A DNA stretch of 64,000 nucleotides from an uncultured bacterium (lineage in GTDB: Bacteria > Verrucomicrobiota > Verrucomicrobiia > Limisphaerales > UBA8199), in contig CAVVMW010000001.1 in assembly GCA_963749495.1 (NCBI GenBank), positions 736,001 to 800,000 on the forward strand. The letters are read 5' to 3'. Positions 53,208 to 63,990 of this stretch are shown here, piece by piece. Under the pieces are notes generated by a model, which was given only the letters and a program-made list of their open reading frames with translations, searched no databases and was not told the DNA's origin. Positions within the stretch are counted from its first letter, which is position 1, and each line of letters begins with the position of its first letter. A program made the translations under genes and the position numbers.

Positions 53208-54500
53208 TCACGAAGGGTCAGTTTGCTCAGGCGCCGCCGGGGCATATTGTTCAATTGCTGGCTCACGCCTGAAGAGAAAGACAGCCATCACCACAAGGAG
53301 CATGCCGAGCATGAGGCGCAGGACCCACGCTGCAGACATGTAGTGTGTGAGAACGCCTGCGCAAAGGTGGCCTAGCGGCATCCCGCCCTGCTGGGCCAAG
53401 AGCATAATCGATAGGACCCGGCCTCGATTGGCGTCAGTGGCCAGGAGTTGGTTGGCGGTGTTGCTCGGGTTGAGGCTCAGCAGCCAAAAAGTGCCGCTTG
53501 CAACCAGGATAGTGAGGCTTAAAGCGGGCTTGGTGGAGAGGCTGAACAGCAACCCGAGGGCGGCGAAAACGCACATGGCCAGAGGGATGAGGTGGTGGCG
53601 AGGGTAGTAAGAGGGTATGAAGGACAGCAGGAATGCCCCGAGGATCGATCCCAGGCCGATCGCTGCAAGCATCAGACCGAACAGTGTCGGGCCGCCCTTG
53701 AGGACGCTCTGGGCAAATACGGGCAGCAGTCCTTGCAACGGCGCGGCCAAGAACATGAAGCTCATCCCCATCATGGTCAGGCGCCGCGTACCGGGACTGG
53801 TCCAGACGAATCTCAAGCCCTCGCGGATGTCTTGGCAGATCGAGGCGGTCTTTGGGCGGGAGGGGACGGGAGTGCCGGGGACGGCCAGCAGCAGAGCAAT
53901 CAGCAATGGGAGGAAGGTGCACGCGTTGAACGTGAAGGCACCTGCGATACCAGCAGCGCCGATGATGGCGGCCGCGAGCATAGGGCCGCACAGCCTGGCC
54001 ATGTTGAACTGGACAGAATTGAGGGCGATGGCACGATCCAACTCCGCCCGAGGAACAAGACTGGGCACGACCGCTTGGAAAACCGGACCGTTGAGAGCCC
54101 ACACGATGCCCTCAAGAAACGTGAAGGTGATCACGACCCAAGGCGTCGCTCTGTCCAGGAATGCTACTACCGCCAGGCCCGCTCCGAGTGCGCACGCGGC
54201 TGCCTGCAGGATGATGAGCCAGGTCTTCCGGTTCACGCGGTCCGATATCACGCCGGCGATGAGTGCGAGCAGAAGCACCGGGCAGAAGTCGGCGAACTGC
54301 AGGATTTCGACGAAAAGGCCCTGGTGGGGATTACCCAGGGTTTGACTCGTAACGGCCCAGCTCTGGGCGGCGTTTTCGGTCCAATTGCCAGTATTGGAGA
54401 TGCAGGCGCCCACCCAGAAAATGAGAAATGGGCGATGGCGCAAAACGCCCAAAGCTCTCGCAATGGAGGAGTCGGGTGGACCTTTCGGTTCGTGGACCAT
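53208..54500 (-). CDS. MFS transporter (MFS_3/DHA3-like)
   Basis: FWVGACISNTGNW, GVISDRVNRK, AIALNSVQFNMAR, RGRVLS; a possible indel near 53253 would extend it to about 53114. Confidence 0.9.
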   Translation of the reverse strand: MVHEPKGPPDSSIARALGVLRHRPFLIFWVGACISNTGNWTENAAQSWAVTSQTLGNPHQGLFVEILQFADFCPVLLLALIAGVISDRVNRKTWLIILQAAACALGAGLAVVAFLDRATPWVVITFTFLEGIVWALNGPVFQAVVPSLVPRAELDRAIALNSVQFNMARLCGPMLAAAIIGAAGIAGAFTFNACTFLPLLIALLLAVPGTPVPSRPKTASICQDIREGLRFVWTSPGTRRLTMMGMSFMFLAAPLQGLLPVFAQSVLKGGPTLFGLMLAAIGLGSILGAFLLSFIPSYYPRHHLIPLAMCVFAALGLLFSLSTKPALSLTILVASGTFWLLSLNPSNTANQLLATDANRGRVLSIMLLAQQGGMPLGHLCAGVLTHYMSAAWVLRLMLGMLLVVMAVFLFRREPAIEQYAPAAPEQTDPS

Positions 54501-54943
54501 CTCGAACTCCTAACAGTTTACTCCGCTCTCGAAAAGCAATTAGCCTCCGGGCACGTGGCATCAAGGACCGGAACGTGGACCCAGCCAGCACCATGCAGGT
54601 GGTCAATGCCCTCATTAAAGCGGACAGAGATTCCGTTTTTCGTGTGGCGCGAGGATGCGGGAACGGAAGGCCGCCCTTCAAGCTGAAAAAGGCCCCGACG
54701 TCCTCAAAGAGCTCAGGTCCTGGTTCGCAATCCCCTGGCTCCGCCCTCAACCGGACAATTTGGGGACTCGCCTGCGCCAGAAAAAGCCCCGGGCCGCCGC
54801 TTCCGGCTGGAACATCCCGGGCGGCTTGATTACCCTGCCCGCGTCTTGCGTATCAAACCCGGGCCCGAAAAGAAACTCTGCCCAAGGCGCGCCGCCGCGT
54901 TCGCCGTGCGGTCGTCTCGACGCGGACCCTAACCACCTGCACC

Positions 54944-56682
54944 ATGCACACCAAATCGCTCCTCTCGCCCTCGCTCTTGTTCGCCGCCGCACTGTCGTGC
55001 GGCTTGACCCTAAACGCCCAGGACCCCACAGCAGCTCCGAGTGCCGCCGGGCCGCGCCCATATCCGGCGCGGCTCCAATGGTGGGCCGAGGGCCGCTTCG
55101 GCATGTTCATCCATTGGGGGCCAGTCAGTCTGAAGGGCACCGAGATCAGTTGGTCGCGCGCCAACACCAATCCCAGGTGCCCGAACAACGGCGAAATCCC
55201 CGCCGCGGTCTATGACAGCCTCTATGAGCAATTCAATCCAACGAACTTCAATGCGAGCGAGTGGGTGGGCCTGGCCAAAGCCGCCGGCATCAGGTACATG
55301 GTGCTCACGGCCAAGCATTGCGACGGGTTCCTGCTCTGGGACTCGAAGGTGTCCGACTACAACATCATGCACACCCCGTTCAAGCGCGACGTGTGCGCCG
55401 AGCTGGCCCGGGCGGCCCATGCGCAGGGGATGAGAATTGGCTGGTACTTCTCGCCGATGGATTGGCGGGACCCGGACTGCCGCTCGCGGAACAACGATCG
55501 GTTCGTGGCGAGCATGCAGGCGGAACTGCGCGAGGTGCTCGGCAACTACGGCCGCATCAATTTGCTATGGTTCGACACCGATGGCCGCGAGGCGTCCTGG
55601 GACCAGGCGCGGACCTATGCCCTGGTCAAGCAACTCCAGCCGCAAATCATCATCAACAATCGCCTGGACCTCGGCCCCGGCCAGGACGCCGGTTCCCCCA
55701 ACAGCATCGGCCCGCAGGCCGATTACTTCACCCCGGAGCAGTGGATCGGCGGCTTCCAAGACCAGCATCCGTGGGAATCGTGCATGACACTCTCGCGCCG
55801 GGGCCAATGGGCTTGGGGCGGGCGGCAAGACGGCGTCAAGGCCTACGCCGATTGCCTGGAGATGCTCATCCGCTGCGCCGGCGGCGATGGCAACGTGTTG
55901 CTCAACGCGGGGCCGACGCCGACCGGCGAGATCGCGCCGGAGCAGGCGAACCGCTTGAAGGAGATGGGCGCCTGGCTGACGAAGAATGGCCAAAGCATCT
56001 ATGGCACGCGCGGCGGCCCGTTCAAGCCGGGCGAATATGGTGTCTCCACGCGCAAGGACAACACCATCTACCTGCACCTTTGCGACTGGACGGAGGATGT
56101 GATCAAGCTGCCGGGGATCGCGCGCAAGGTCGTCGCCAGCCGCGTGCTGAGCGGCGGCAGAGCCGAAGTCCGCCAGACCGCCAAGGGCCTCGAAGTATCC
56201 GTTCCCGAGAACGACCGCCAGCCGTTGGACACCGTCGTGGCGCTCGAACTGGATGGCTCGGCGCTCGACCTCCCCGCAGTGGACGTGCCCGGGCCGGTAT
56301 CGCTCACCACCAAGGCAAGAGCCACCGCCTCGAACGTTTTCCAGAACCAGGCGCAGTACGGACCGGACAAAGCCGTAGATGGCCGGGGTGACACTCGCTG
56401 GGCGACCGACTCGGGAGTCAAGTCCGCGTGGCTCGAAGTTGACCTTGGCCGGCCAGGTTCAGCCGCGCGACGATCAAGCAGGCCTTCCCGGAGTTGAAAC
56501 GCGTCCGCAAGTTCGCCATCGAGTACCTGCAGGACGGCCAATGGAAACCGTGTTATCGGGGTGAGGATCTGGGCGACAAGCTCGTCGCCAGGTTCGAACC
56601 GGTCACGGCGCAACGCGTGCGCCTGAACCTCACCGAAGCCACCGACGGCCCGACCATTTGGGAGTTCAACCTCTTCGAATAA
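54944..56682 (+). CDS. GH29 alpha-L-fucosidase with C-terminal F5/8C (CBM32-like) domain; frameshift near 56456
   Basis: RFGMFIHWG, TAKHCDGF, LWFD, IINNR, PWESC, LLNAGP; AVDG..TRWA, WLEVDLG. Confidence 0.9.
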
Positions 56683-56712
56683 TCCACTATTGGCCGCCTG
56701 CTGGCGGTCCCC

Positions 56713-57198
56713 TTATGCCTTTGCCACGTATCTGATCTCGCGGATCTCGAGGCTGCCGGCTTTTGGCTCGTAAAACGGTTTGCCGTGGCGGACCCCAACC
56801 GTGCCGTAGCCGGTCGCGGCGGAGAAGAAACAGTGGAAATCGCCTTTGATGGCTGGTTCGAGGTAAAGGACTTTTTCCACCGCATCATAGCGGGCGCCAC
56901 TCAGCCCGAAGAGCAGCGCGTAGGAGGACATCGCCCGGGCGTACCAATGGCCGCATTCGTATTCGTCGAACGGGTTGCGCACCCGGCCGTCATACCGGTC
57001 GCGGCAGGCGCGCACGATGTCGAGCCCCTCCGGCACGCGGCCCATCCGCATCAGGTGCGAGGCGACCTGGTATTCGATTCCGGTCCAGACTTCGTTCGAA
57101 TACACGAACGGGAGCGAAAGCTCGCCTCCTTTGGGCCAGGAGCAAAGCAGCAGCCCGGCCTCGGCGCCGCAGGCGTAGGTGGGTCGTTGCGGATTGGC
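56713..57198 (-). pseudogene. C-terminal fragment of a GH116 glycosidase
   Basis: ANPQRPTYA..EAGLLLCSWPKG, YSNEVWTGIEY, RNPFDEYECGHWYARAMSSY; N-terminal portion absent. Confidence 0.85.
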
Positions 57199-57233
57199 GA
57201 AACGCGGCAGGCCAAAGGAAGTTCCAGCCCCGC

Positions 57234-57871
57234 CTAAGGCTTCCTTTCAACCCTCGCCTTCACCGCGTCAATAAACGCAGCGGGATTCACAACCGGACCG
57301 GCCTTTGTGCGCGTGGCCGTTTCCCGCCAAAGCTGCACCACCTCCTTGGGTTGAATCGCCGGATTGACCTGCCAGGCCAGGGCCGCCAGGCCCGCCAGGT
57401 ATGGCACGGTCCAACTCTCATCACGCACCCACTTCCACGTCGGGACGGCGTAGAAATACAGAGCGGCTTGCGGAGCGACCCCGCAGCTCTTGCCCACCGC
57501 GATTCGAGGGTCAGCACTTCGCGTTCTCCCTGCCGCTCCTTGCGCGAGCGAGTTTCCTGCCCCACCAGATTGCGGAGTTCTTCGGGTGTCGTCAACCGGA
57601 ACGCCACCGCGCCGGGCTTCGTTGCCGTCGCGACGGATTCGGCTGTGGCGGGCTTCGACGGGAAATCGGCGGGGTCCGCAGCAACGGCCATTCCGCCGAC
57701 CAGCATCAGCAGGCTGGCGAGCGCCGGGACCCGCCACGGCGCCGTCCTTCGCCGGACAAACGAGAGCACGAATGGTGGCCACCGAGGACTTCCAAGGCTC
57801 GCTGTGGAGGCAGGATTCTTCCTATAAATAAGGGCTTTCGGAGTCTCTGAATCGTAATGGGAATTAGACAA
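57234..57871 (-). pseudogene. Remnant of a secreted S8 peptidase-like gene (internal deletion)
   Basis: Signal-like LLMLVGGMAVAA in one frame; SWTVPYLAGLAALAWQVNP in another. Confidence 0.55.
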
Positions 57872-58069
57872 CGGCGCCCCCTGTCAGTGGTGAAACGGAA
57901 TGGATGCAATCCTGGCGGTTGAGAACGGGATCTTCTTCCCCTGGATTTTCTTCGAGCAATTCGCTGAAAACTCTTCTTCCTTCTTCTCAGTCGTGGTTCT
58001 TCTTCGGCTTGGACCCTCGCTCCATCCGCGCTTGCGGCAGCCCCGGAAAATCGCAAAACTCCTCGGAGA

Positions 58070-58450
58070 ATGGCATCAAAGCGAAAGTGCCGGGCCTGTG
58101 GAAAGCCCTTCAGCCCCGATTACCGAAACCAAGCGGACCAGGCTTTCTGCCCCCGGCCCGAGTGCCGGCGTCTGCGCCGAGCGGACGCGCAGCGCAAACG
58201 GCGTGAGCGCGCTCGCCAGGCCGACAGCCTTACAAGACGGCTGAAGCCCTCTGAAGCCCGCTGGCTGCGAAGGAACCCCATGATAATCGGGCTGGTCTCG
58301 GTGCTGATCGGTTCGACGGACTGGCAGGAGATCGAAGCCTTTTGTGCGTCGGCCAGTTTGAGGGGAAGGAAGATCCTTGATGGGACGCTGGCAGAAGAGG
58401 ACGGAAACACCCTGAAAAATCAGGGTTCCGACACGGGAACGCCATCGTAA
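58070..58450 (+). CDS. Small Cys4 zinc-ribbon hypothetical protein
   Basis: CRACGKPFSPDYRN..QAFCPRPEC followed by a basic helix. Confidence 0.65.
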   Translation: MASKRKCRACGKPFSPDYRNQADQAFCPRPECRRLRRADAQRKRRERARQADSLTRRLKPSEARWLRRNPMIIGLVSVLIGSTDWQEIEAFCASASLRGRKILDGTLAEEDGNTLKNQGSDTGTPS

Positions 58451-58847
58451 AATCGGCTGGGCTCCGAAACAGATCCCATTCCTAACCGTCGGTTTTGCAT
58501 CCCGTTCGCGCCAACGGTGACACCCCCCTCGCGTTCTGAGAAAAGTCGGAGGGGGCGTTTGTCTCGAGGATCTATAAGAGGCGCCAGAACGAGAGGGCTG
58601 AAAGCCCGTAATGTCATAGCCTGGGGTGGAGCGCGAAGCGCGGAGTCCCAGGGGACGGCCGGTGGAAAACCATCCCGCCCTGCAAGGGCGGAACACGCCG
58701 CGAACAACCATATTGGCCGGAGATTGGAACCGCGGCCGGTGAGCGTCGTTCCCCTCCCCGAAAGGGGCACCCCGTGCCAACCCAAGGCAAGGCCGCCTGC
58801 GGCTAAAAGAGAAGACGCACCATGTTAGGGCTGAATGGGCCACACAA

Positions 58848-58977
58848 CCAGTACGGCTGGAAGCCAGCCTTGTCGCTCCGCGCCCTTCCGCAGCCGTCCC
58901 GGGCGGCGTTTGACGCGGAGCCTGCGTTCCTTTCCGTGTCTTTCACCTGCGAGCATCTCCAAGGTTGAAGGCTGCAC
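58848..58977 (-). ncRNA. Internally deleted group II intron fragment
   Basis: Matches two separate parts of 62289-62845 (5' end and the region up to the start of domain V). Confidence 0.75.
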
Positions 58978-59096
58978 ATAAGAAATTGCTTTTTTGCCGC
59001 GCCGACGGTTTGACGCTTCGCGGGTGAGACCGGATCGTTCTTCCGCGCAGCGGAGATTCCGTGTAACCTCTGCCCGCGAACGTCTCAGGAAAGGGT

Positions 59097-60845
59097 ATGA
59101 GTAATACATCTGATCCAAAACGGTGTCCAAAATGCGGACTGCCGATTCCCGACGAAGCTCCACAAGGACTTTGTCCCAAGTGCGTGCTCCTCCAAGCCTC
59201 TATCCCAACCGAGGGAGGAAAAGGCCAGCCCGCGCCATCGCGGGACGAAGTTGCGGCGGCGTTCCCGCAACTTGAAATCCTCGAACTGATTGGCCAGGGC
59301 GGCATGGGATTTGTCTTCAAAGCCCGGCAACCCAAACTGGAACGTCTGGTCGCGCTGAAGATTCTGCCGCAGGCGCTGGCGGCAGATCCGGCGTTCGCCG
59401 AAAGATTTTCGCGCGAAGGCCGTCTGCTGGCGCGGTTGAATCATCCCAATATCGTCTCCATTCACGATTTTGGGCAAGCCGGCGGCTACTTCTACTTGCT
59501 GATGGAATACGTTGATGGCGTGAATCTGCGCCAGGCGATGCGAGCGGGCCGGTTCACGCCGGCCCAAGCATTGGTGGTCGTGCCTAAAATATGCGAGGCG
59601 CTCCAATTCGCGCACAATGAAGGCATTTTACATCGCGACATTAAACCGGAGAACATTCTGGTGGATGTCCGGGGCCGGGTGAAGATTGCCGATTTTGGCA
59701 TCGCCAAACTCGTGGGGGATGCCCAGCCCGAGGCCGCACTGACCGGCACCGGCGCGAGGCTGGGCACGCCGCATTACATGGCGCCGGAACAACTGGAAAC
59801 TCCGGCCACGGTGGATCATCGGGCGGACATCTATTCGCTGGGCGTGGTCTTTTACGAAATGCTGACGGGCGAGCTGCCGTTGGGTCGGTTTCAACCGCCT
59901 TCGCACAAGGTGGAAATGGACGTGCGGCTGGATGAGGTGGTTTTGCACGCCTTGGAGAAGGAGCCGTCGCGGCGTTACCAGCATGCCAGTCAAGTGAGGA
60001 CAGCGGTTGAAACCATCGCCAGCGGGACTCCGCCGGCTCAGGTTGCGCCAGTATCGGATCGCTTTTGGAAACGCATGGCAATGGCGATGGCGTTGTTGTG
60101 TCTGACTCTGATTGTGCTCATTGCCTGTTTCGCAAGGTCGTTCTTCGCGACACAACGGGCTGTGACAAACTTGCCACCAGCTACTGTTCCTGTCGGCGGG
60201 ACGGAAAAGCAGTCCGCAACCCTGGTGATTGATACGGTGCCCTTCGAGCGCCGGCGGGTGGAGGGAGACCCGCGGGCTCACGACATGCTGTTTTGGGATT
60301 TCAAGTATCTGATTCCCGCCGATCATCTCGCGCAAGTTGTGTTTGTGCTGTGGTCCAACGGCGTGCCCACCATCAAGCCCGGTTTTAGTGGTTATTTCAA
60401 AGTCGGCCAGAGGCCGGTCAATCCAGAAAGCATGGACTTCTCATACGAGCCGAATGTGTCCGGGCCTCACGGTGGAACGAACGTGGCGCAGTGGAACGTC
60501 GGCTTGGGCTTTGGTTACACTCTTGGCCACCTTCTCACCAATCAACCGCCCTGTCGCAAGTTGGAAACCGCTCCGCGATCCGTTCTCCATTCCGGGCGCC
60601 AGCTTGCGATTCGTCTGGCCGATTTTATTCAGCCCACAGGCCTTGCAAGCAATGGCTGGTCGGGCGTAGAGGTACGCTTGATTCTTCAGCCCCTCCTCTC
60701 GCCCGCTGTACAGAGCGATCTCAATGAGTTCGATCGCACCAGTTATGTGGCCGGCTGGGGCCTGGCTGGAATGTCGGAAGATTCGATCATGAATCTGATA
60801 AAGACACTTCCTTGCGAGCCAATGACCGTCGAGAAGAGTCCGTGA
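59097..60845 (+). CDS. Membrane Ser/Thr kinase with N-terminal zinc ribbon
   Basis: CPKCG..GLCPKC, GQGGMG, HRDIKPEN, DFG, GTPHYMAPEQ, TM helix. Confidence 0.93.
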   Translation: MSNTSDPKRCPKCGLPIPDEAPQGLCPKCVLLQASIPTEGGKGQPAPSRDEVAAAFPQLEILELIGQGGMGFVFKARQPKLERLVALKILPQALAADPAFAERFSREGRLLARLNHPNIVSIHDFGQAGGYFYLLMEYVDGVNLRQAMRAGRFTPAQALVVVPKICEALQFAHNEGILHRDIKPENILVDVRGRVKIADFGIAKLVGDAQPEAALTGTGARLGTPHYMAPEQLETPATVDHRADIYSLGVVFYEMLTGELPLGRFQPPSHKVEMDVRLDEVVLHALEKEPSRRYQHASQVRTAVETIASGTPPAQVAPVSDRFWKRMAMAMALLCLTLIVLIACFARSFFATQRAVTNLPPATVPVGGTEKQSATLVIDTVPFERRRVEGDPRAHDMLFWDFKYLIPADHLAQVVFVLWSNGVPTIKPGFSGYFKVGQRPVNPESMDFSYEPNVSGPHGGTNVAQWNVGLGFGYTLGHLLTNQPPCRKLETAPRSVLHSGRQLAIRLADFIQPTGLASNGWSGVEVRLILQPLLSPAVQSDLNEFDRTSYVAGWGLAGMSEDSIMNLIKTLPCEPMTVEKSP

Positions 60846-60863
60846 GAATCAAGGCATTGGAGA

Positions 60864-61616
60864 ATGAGTAACTTGGCCACCAACGATTCTACTCCGCGTC
60901 AAGCCTCGCCTCCGGTGTTCGTCACCACCCGCTGGACGCGCGTGCTGCAGGCGAAAGGGGATTCGACGGAAGCCAAGGCGGCGTTGAGCGACTTGTGCGC
61001 GGCCTATTACGCGCCGGTGTTTGCCTTCATTCGCCGCAATGCGCCCGATGAAGACTCGGCGCGTGATTTGACCCAGGAATTCTTCGCCCGCCTGCTCGCG
61101 CGCGGGGGCATTGACAACGTGGACCCGCAACGCGGCCGCTTCCGCTCGTTTCTGCTCGGCGCGGTCAAACATTTCCTTGCCGACATGCGCGACCACGACC
61201 GCCGCCTCAAGCGCGGGGAGGGCCAGGCAATCGAATCCCTCGATGCGGAGGCGGGGAATTCATCCGGCCTGGAAGCGCCCGATTCGAAGGCGGCGGCTCC
61301 TGATCGGGGGTTTGACCACAAATGGGCGTTGACGTTATTGGGCCGGGCTTTCGCGACCATAGAACAAGAATACAAGGAGGCCGGGAAATCCAGGCAATTC
61401 GAGGCTCTTAAACCGTGGTTGACCGGAGATGGTGAGAACGTTTCGCAGGCGGAAGCGGCCCGTCAACTCGGAATGAACGAGGGCGCGGTCAAAGTGGCCA
61501 TTCACCGGCTTCGGCGCCGGCTTCGTGACCTCATCAAAAATGAAATCAGCCAGACGGTCAAGGACCGCGCTGATATTGACATCGAGATGCATGATCTGTT
61601 GGAAGCGTTGCTCTAA
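60864..61616 (+). CDS. ECF sigma-70 factor, kinase-associated
   Basis: FVTTRWTRV, ARDLTQEFF, RGRFRSFLL, EGAVKVAIHRLRRR. Confidence 0.92.
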   Translation: MSNLATNDSTPRQASPPVFVTTRWTRVLQAKGDSTEAKAALSDLCAAYYAPVFAFIRRNAPDEDSARDLTQEFFARLLARGGIDNVDPQRGRFRSFLLGAVKHFLADMRDHDRRLKRGEGQAIESLDAEAGNSSGLEAPDSKAAAPDRGFDHKWALTLLGRAFATIEQEYKEAGKSRQFEALKPWLTGDGENVSQAEAARQLGMNEGAVKVAIHRLRRRLRDLIKNEISQTVKDRADIDIEMHDLLEALL

Positions 61617-62288
61617 TCCTCAAAGAATTATCGGGACGGTTGACGTTCGGCTCGCAATTTGGGAAACCCAGTGATGGAACAGGTTCCCGGCGCCTTGGGA
61701 ACCAAAAGATGCCGGTCCAACTCCTGTTTTTCATTCGAGTAATTGTTGTCACTTCTTGTGTTCCTAGTCAGGCATAACGAAGAGCAGTTGCTTCGGCTGG
61801 GCGGCCAAAGAATGGCGGGGCGGGTCGCGATCCGGTGGAGTAATGATGCGGATTACCACGCGGAGCGGTCGAGTTCCGCGAGGCACTGATTAATCCTCCG
61901 CCGGCCTGCTGGGGCCTGCCGCCTGTGAGAATGAGCAGTTTAATCGAAGGACAAATCGGCTTCCCTGGTCTTGGTAAATGAGAGTGTGCCATTTTGCGCC
62001 TCAGCTATTGTGGAAAGCCCCTGTCGGGGTGGACGCGTCGTCGCGCCGTCCGACTCGCGGGGGGCCGGCGGGCGGCGGGGCCGAGCTTCGAGCCCCCAGC
62101 TCGCGGCCCCGCCCGTCGCCACGCGCGGACTCGCCAGGCCCCCCGCGAATAGGCGCGTCTCGGGCTGGCGTTTCCCGTTTCCCGCCTGGCGGTTACCCTA
62201 ATCAGGCCGGGCCTGCTATACCGGGACTTGAGGCGGGATAAAGCCGTTCCGTTACCGGGACCTGGGGCAGGTCTTACCGGGAAAACTG

Positions 62289-62845
62289 GTCGAGTGGAGT
62301 GGAGGCGCGACCGGTTTAGACCAAGGGCTTCCTGTGTATCGGCCCTTTCGGGCATCGTGGCAAATGGCCATCAGGTCCTGCCCACGTTTCCCCCACCCCC
62401 TCTCATCATCCCGTACAGCGAGTTTTCCCCAGGTACCGTTGGAAGCCAGCCTTGCCGCTCCGCGCCCTTCCGCAGCCGTCACCGGCTGCGTTTGACGCGG
62501 AGCCTGCGTTCCTTTCCGTGTCTGGCTCAGAGTCCAGATGTATCGGTTCGCGGCTGTGCCCACAGGCCCTTGGCTCAGCACGGTTTATTATCCCCGCGCC
62601 TGCAAACGCTACTACGGCCTGATGCGCCAGTCTGACGAACTCCGTCCTGCTTCCGCCTTCGCTAAAGCTACGGCGGACAGGTGGGCCTGTTCGGCTTGCT
62701 CCGGGCGGTCTTTGCCCTCGCGGGCCGTTCGCCTCACCTTCCCTTCTTTGCTTTGGCATACTTTCCTTAATCACTACTCGGCCCAACCATCCATTGCCGA
62801 GGCAGGACTTTCACCTGCGAGCATGTCCAAGGTTGAAGGCTGCAC
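62289..62845 (-). ncRNA. ORF-less group II intron (degenerate)
   Basis: Starts GTGCAG..GCAGGTGAAAGTCCTGC; domain-V-like CAACGGTACCTGGGGAAAACTCGCTGTACGGGATG; long domain VI ending CCACTCGAC. Confidence 0.8.
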
Positions 62846-63548
62846 AGAGCAGTCGCCACCGGCTCGCGCAGGCGGCTCTCGAACGGGTGGTCATCGTCTT
62901 CGGGCAGGTTGTTCTCGGAGGGGAGGTTTGTGTTTTCATAGGTTTCGAGTTTCTCCATTAAGGGTTGACAGGAGTTGGTCCTTGACGCGCCGCCTCTCCA
63001 TTGACGCAGCGCGGATGAGTGGGAATGAGAAAGCGGTGTTGGTCTCGTGGTTTGCCGAACAGGCGGCCCAAATGCCGGACGCGGGTATAAAATCCGGAAT
63101 GGTGAGCACCCGACGCCTGCTCGCCCGAAGCCCATCTCGCAATTCCCGCCGTCAATTCCATAACCAATCGGCTTCCGAGGAAGACCGTCACGGAACCGGC
63201 AAACTGACTCCCCAACGCTGAACGCTGAGTTCTACCCCGCGAGGCTGTTCCTAAACAAAAACCCAAGGCGGTGTGAAGCAGAATCGCTTTCGAATGGCAG
63301 CCGGCGACCGGTCAGGGAAGGGGGAGATGGAGTTCCGCGGCGGACCCCCGCAGCCCTCCCCCCTTCCGAAGGGGAGAGAGAGAAGCGCCGGCAGTGTTTC
63401 GATCTTCCGGGCGTCTCTGGTTCCACGAGCCGCGTCGGAGCATCCTCCCTCTCCCCATCCGATGGGGAGAGGGTTGGGGTGAGGGGTGGGCCCGCGGTGC
63501 CGCTCCCGCCTTCACTGAGGCATCACTCGGAGCGGGTTTGGCTGCCCC

Positions 63549-63693
63549 GGGCGCATTCGCGAGTGCTTGGTGCCCAGGCGGAGCGCCGACTTGCAGTCGG
63601 CTTAGACCGGACCAAGAGCAACGAATTCGGAAACTGGGTGCGCGTAAAGCCGACTGCAAGTCGGCGCTCCACCAAGCACTCGCGAATGCGCCC
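63549..63693. mobile_element. MITE-like element wrapping a REP palindrome
   Basis: Perfect 24-bp TIR GGGCGCATTCGCGAGTGCTTGGTG; 9-bp flanking direct repeat GGCTGCCCC. Confidence 0.78.
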
Positions 63694-63750
63694 GGCTGCC
63701 CCGGGCGAACCGGCTTGAGATTGACTGACGTTTGCCATACATTGTGCGCG

Positions 63751-63990
63751 ATGAAGAATGATGTACTGCAAATCCGGGTTGAACCTGACTTGAGAGCGCT
63801 GATTGACCAGGCGGTAGAACGGACCGGACTGACCAAGAGCGAGGTCTTGCGGCAGGGGCTGCGCAAGGGCGTTCCCGAGGTCGTGCGCGCCCTGGAGGGG
63901 CCACCCAAAAAGACCTTGGTGGATGCGCTGCTGGAGATGAAGGGCCTTGAAATTCCAGAACGCCGTCACCCGATGAAACGCCGGTTATGA
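63751..63990 (+). CDS. Ribbon-helix-helix antitoxin; a probable toxin starts at 63987 and runs off the window
   Basis: VLQIRVEPDL..LTKSEVLRQGL; ATGA overlap with an ORF starting MRYV. Confidence 0.72.
   Translation: MKNDVLQIRVEPDLRALIDQAVERTGLTKSEVLRQGLRKGVPEVVRALEGPPKKTLVDALLEMKGLEIPERRHPMKRRL

Noticed and set aside
59061..59086. ECF-type promoter TGTAAC...CGTC before the kinase
   Set aside because: Spacing of 13 nt is short, and there is no second instance to support it
61620..62280. Short ORFs downstream of the second ECF sigma
   Set aside because: No recognisable motifs or convincing coding pattern
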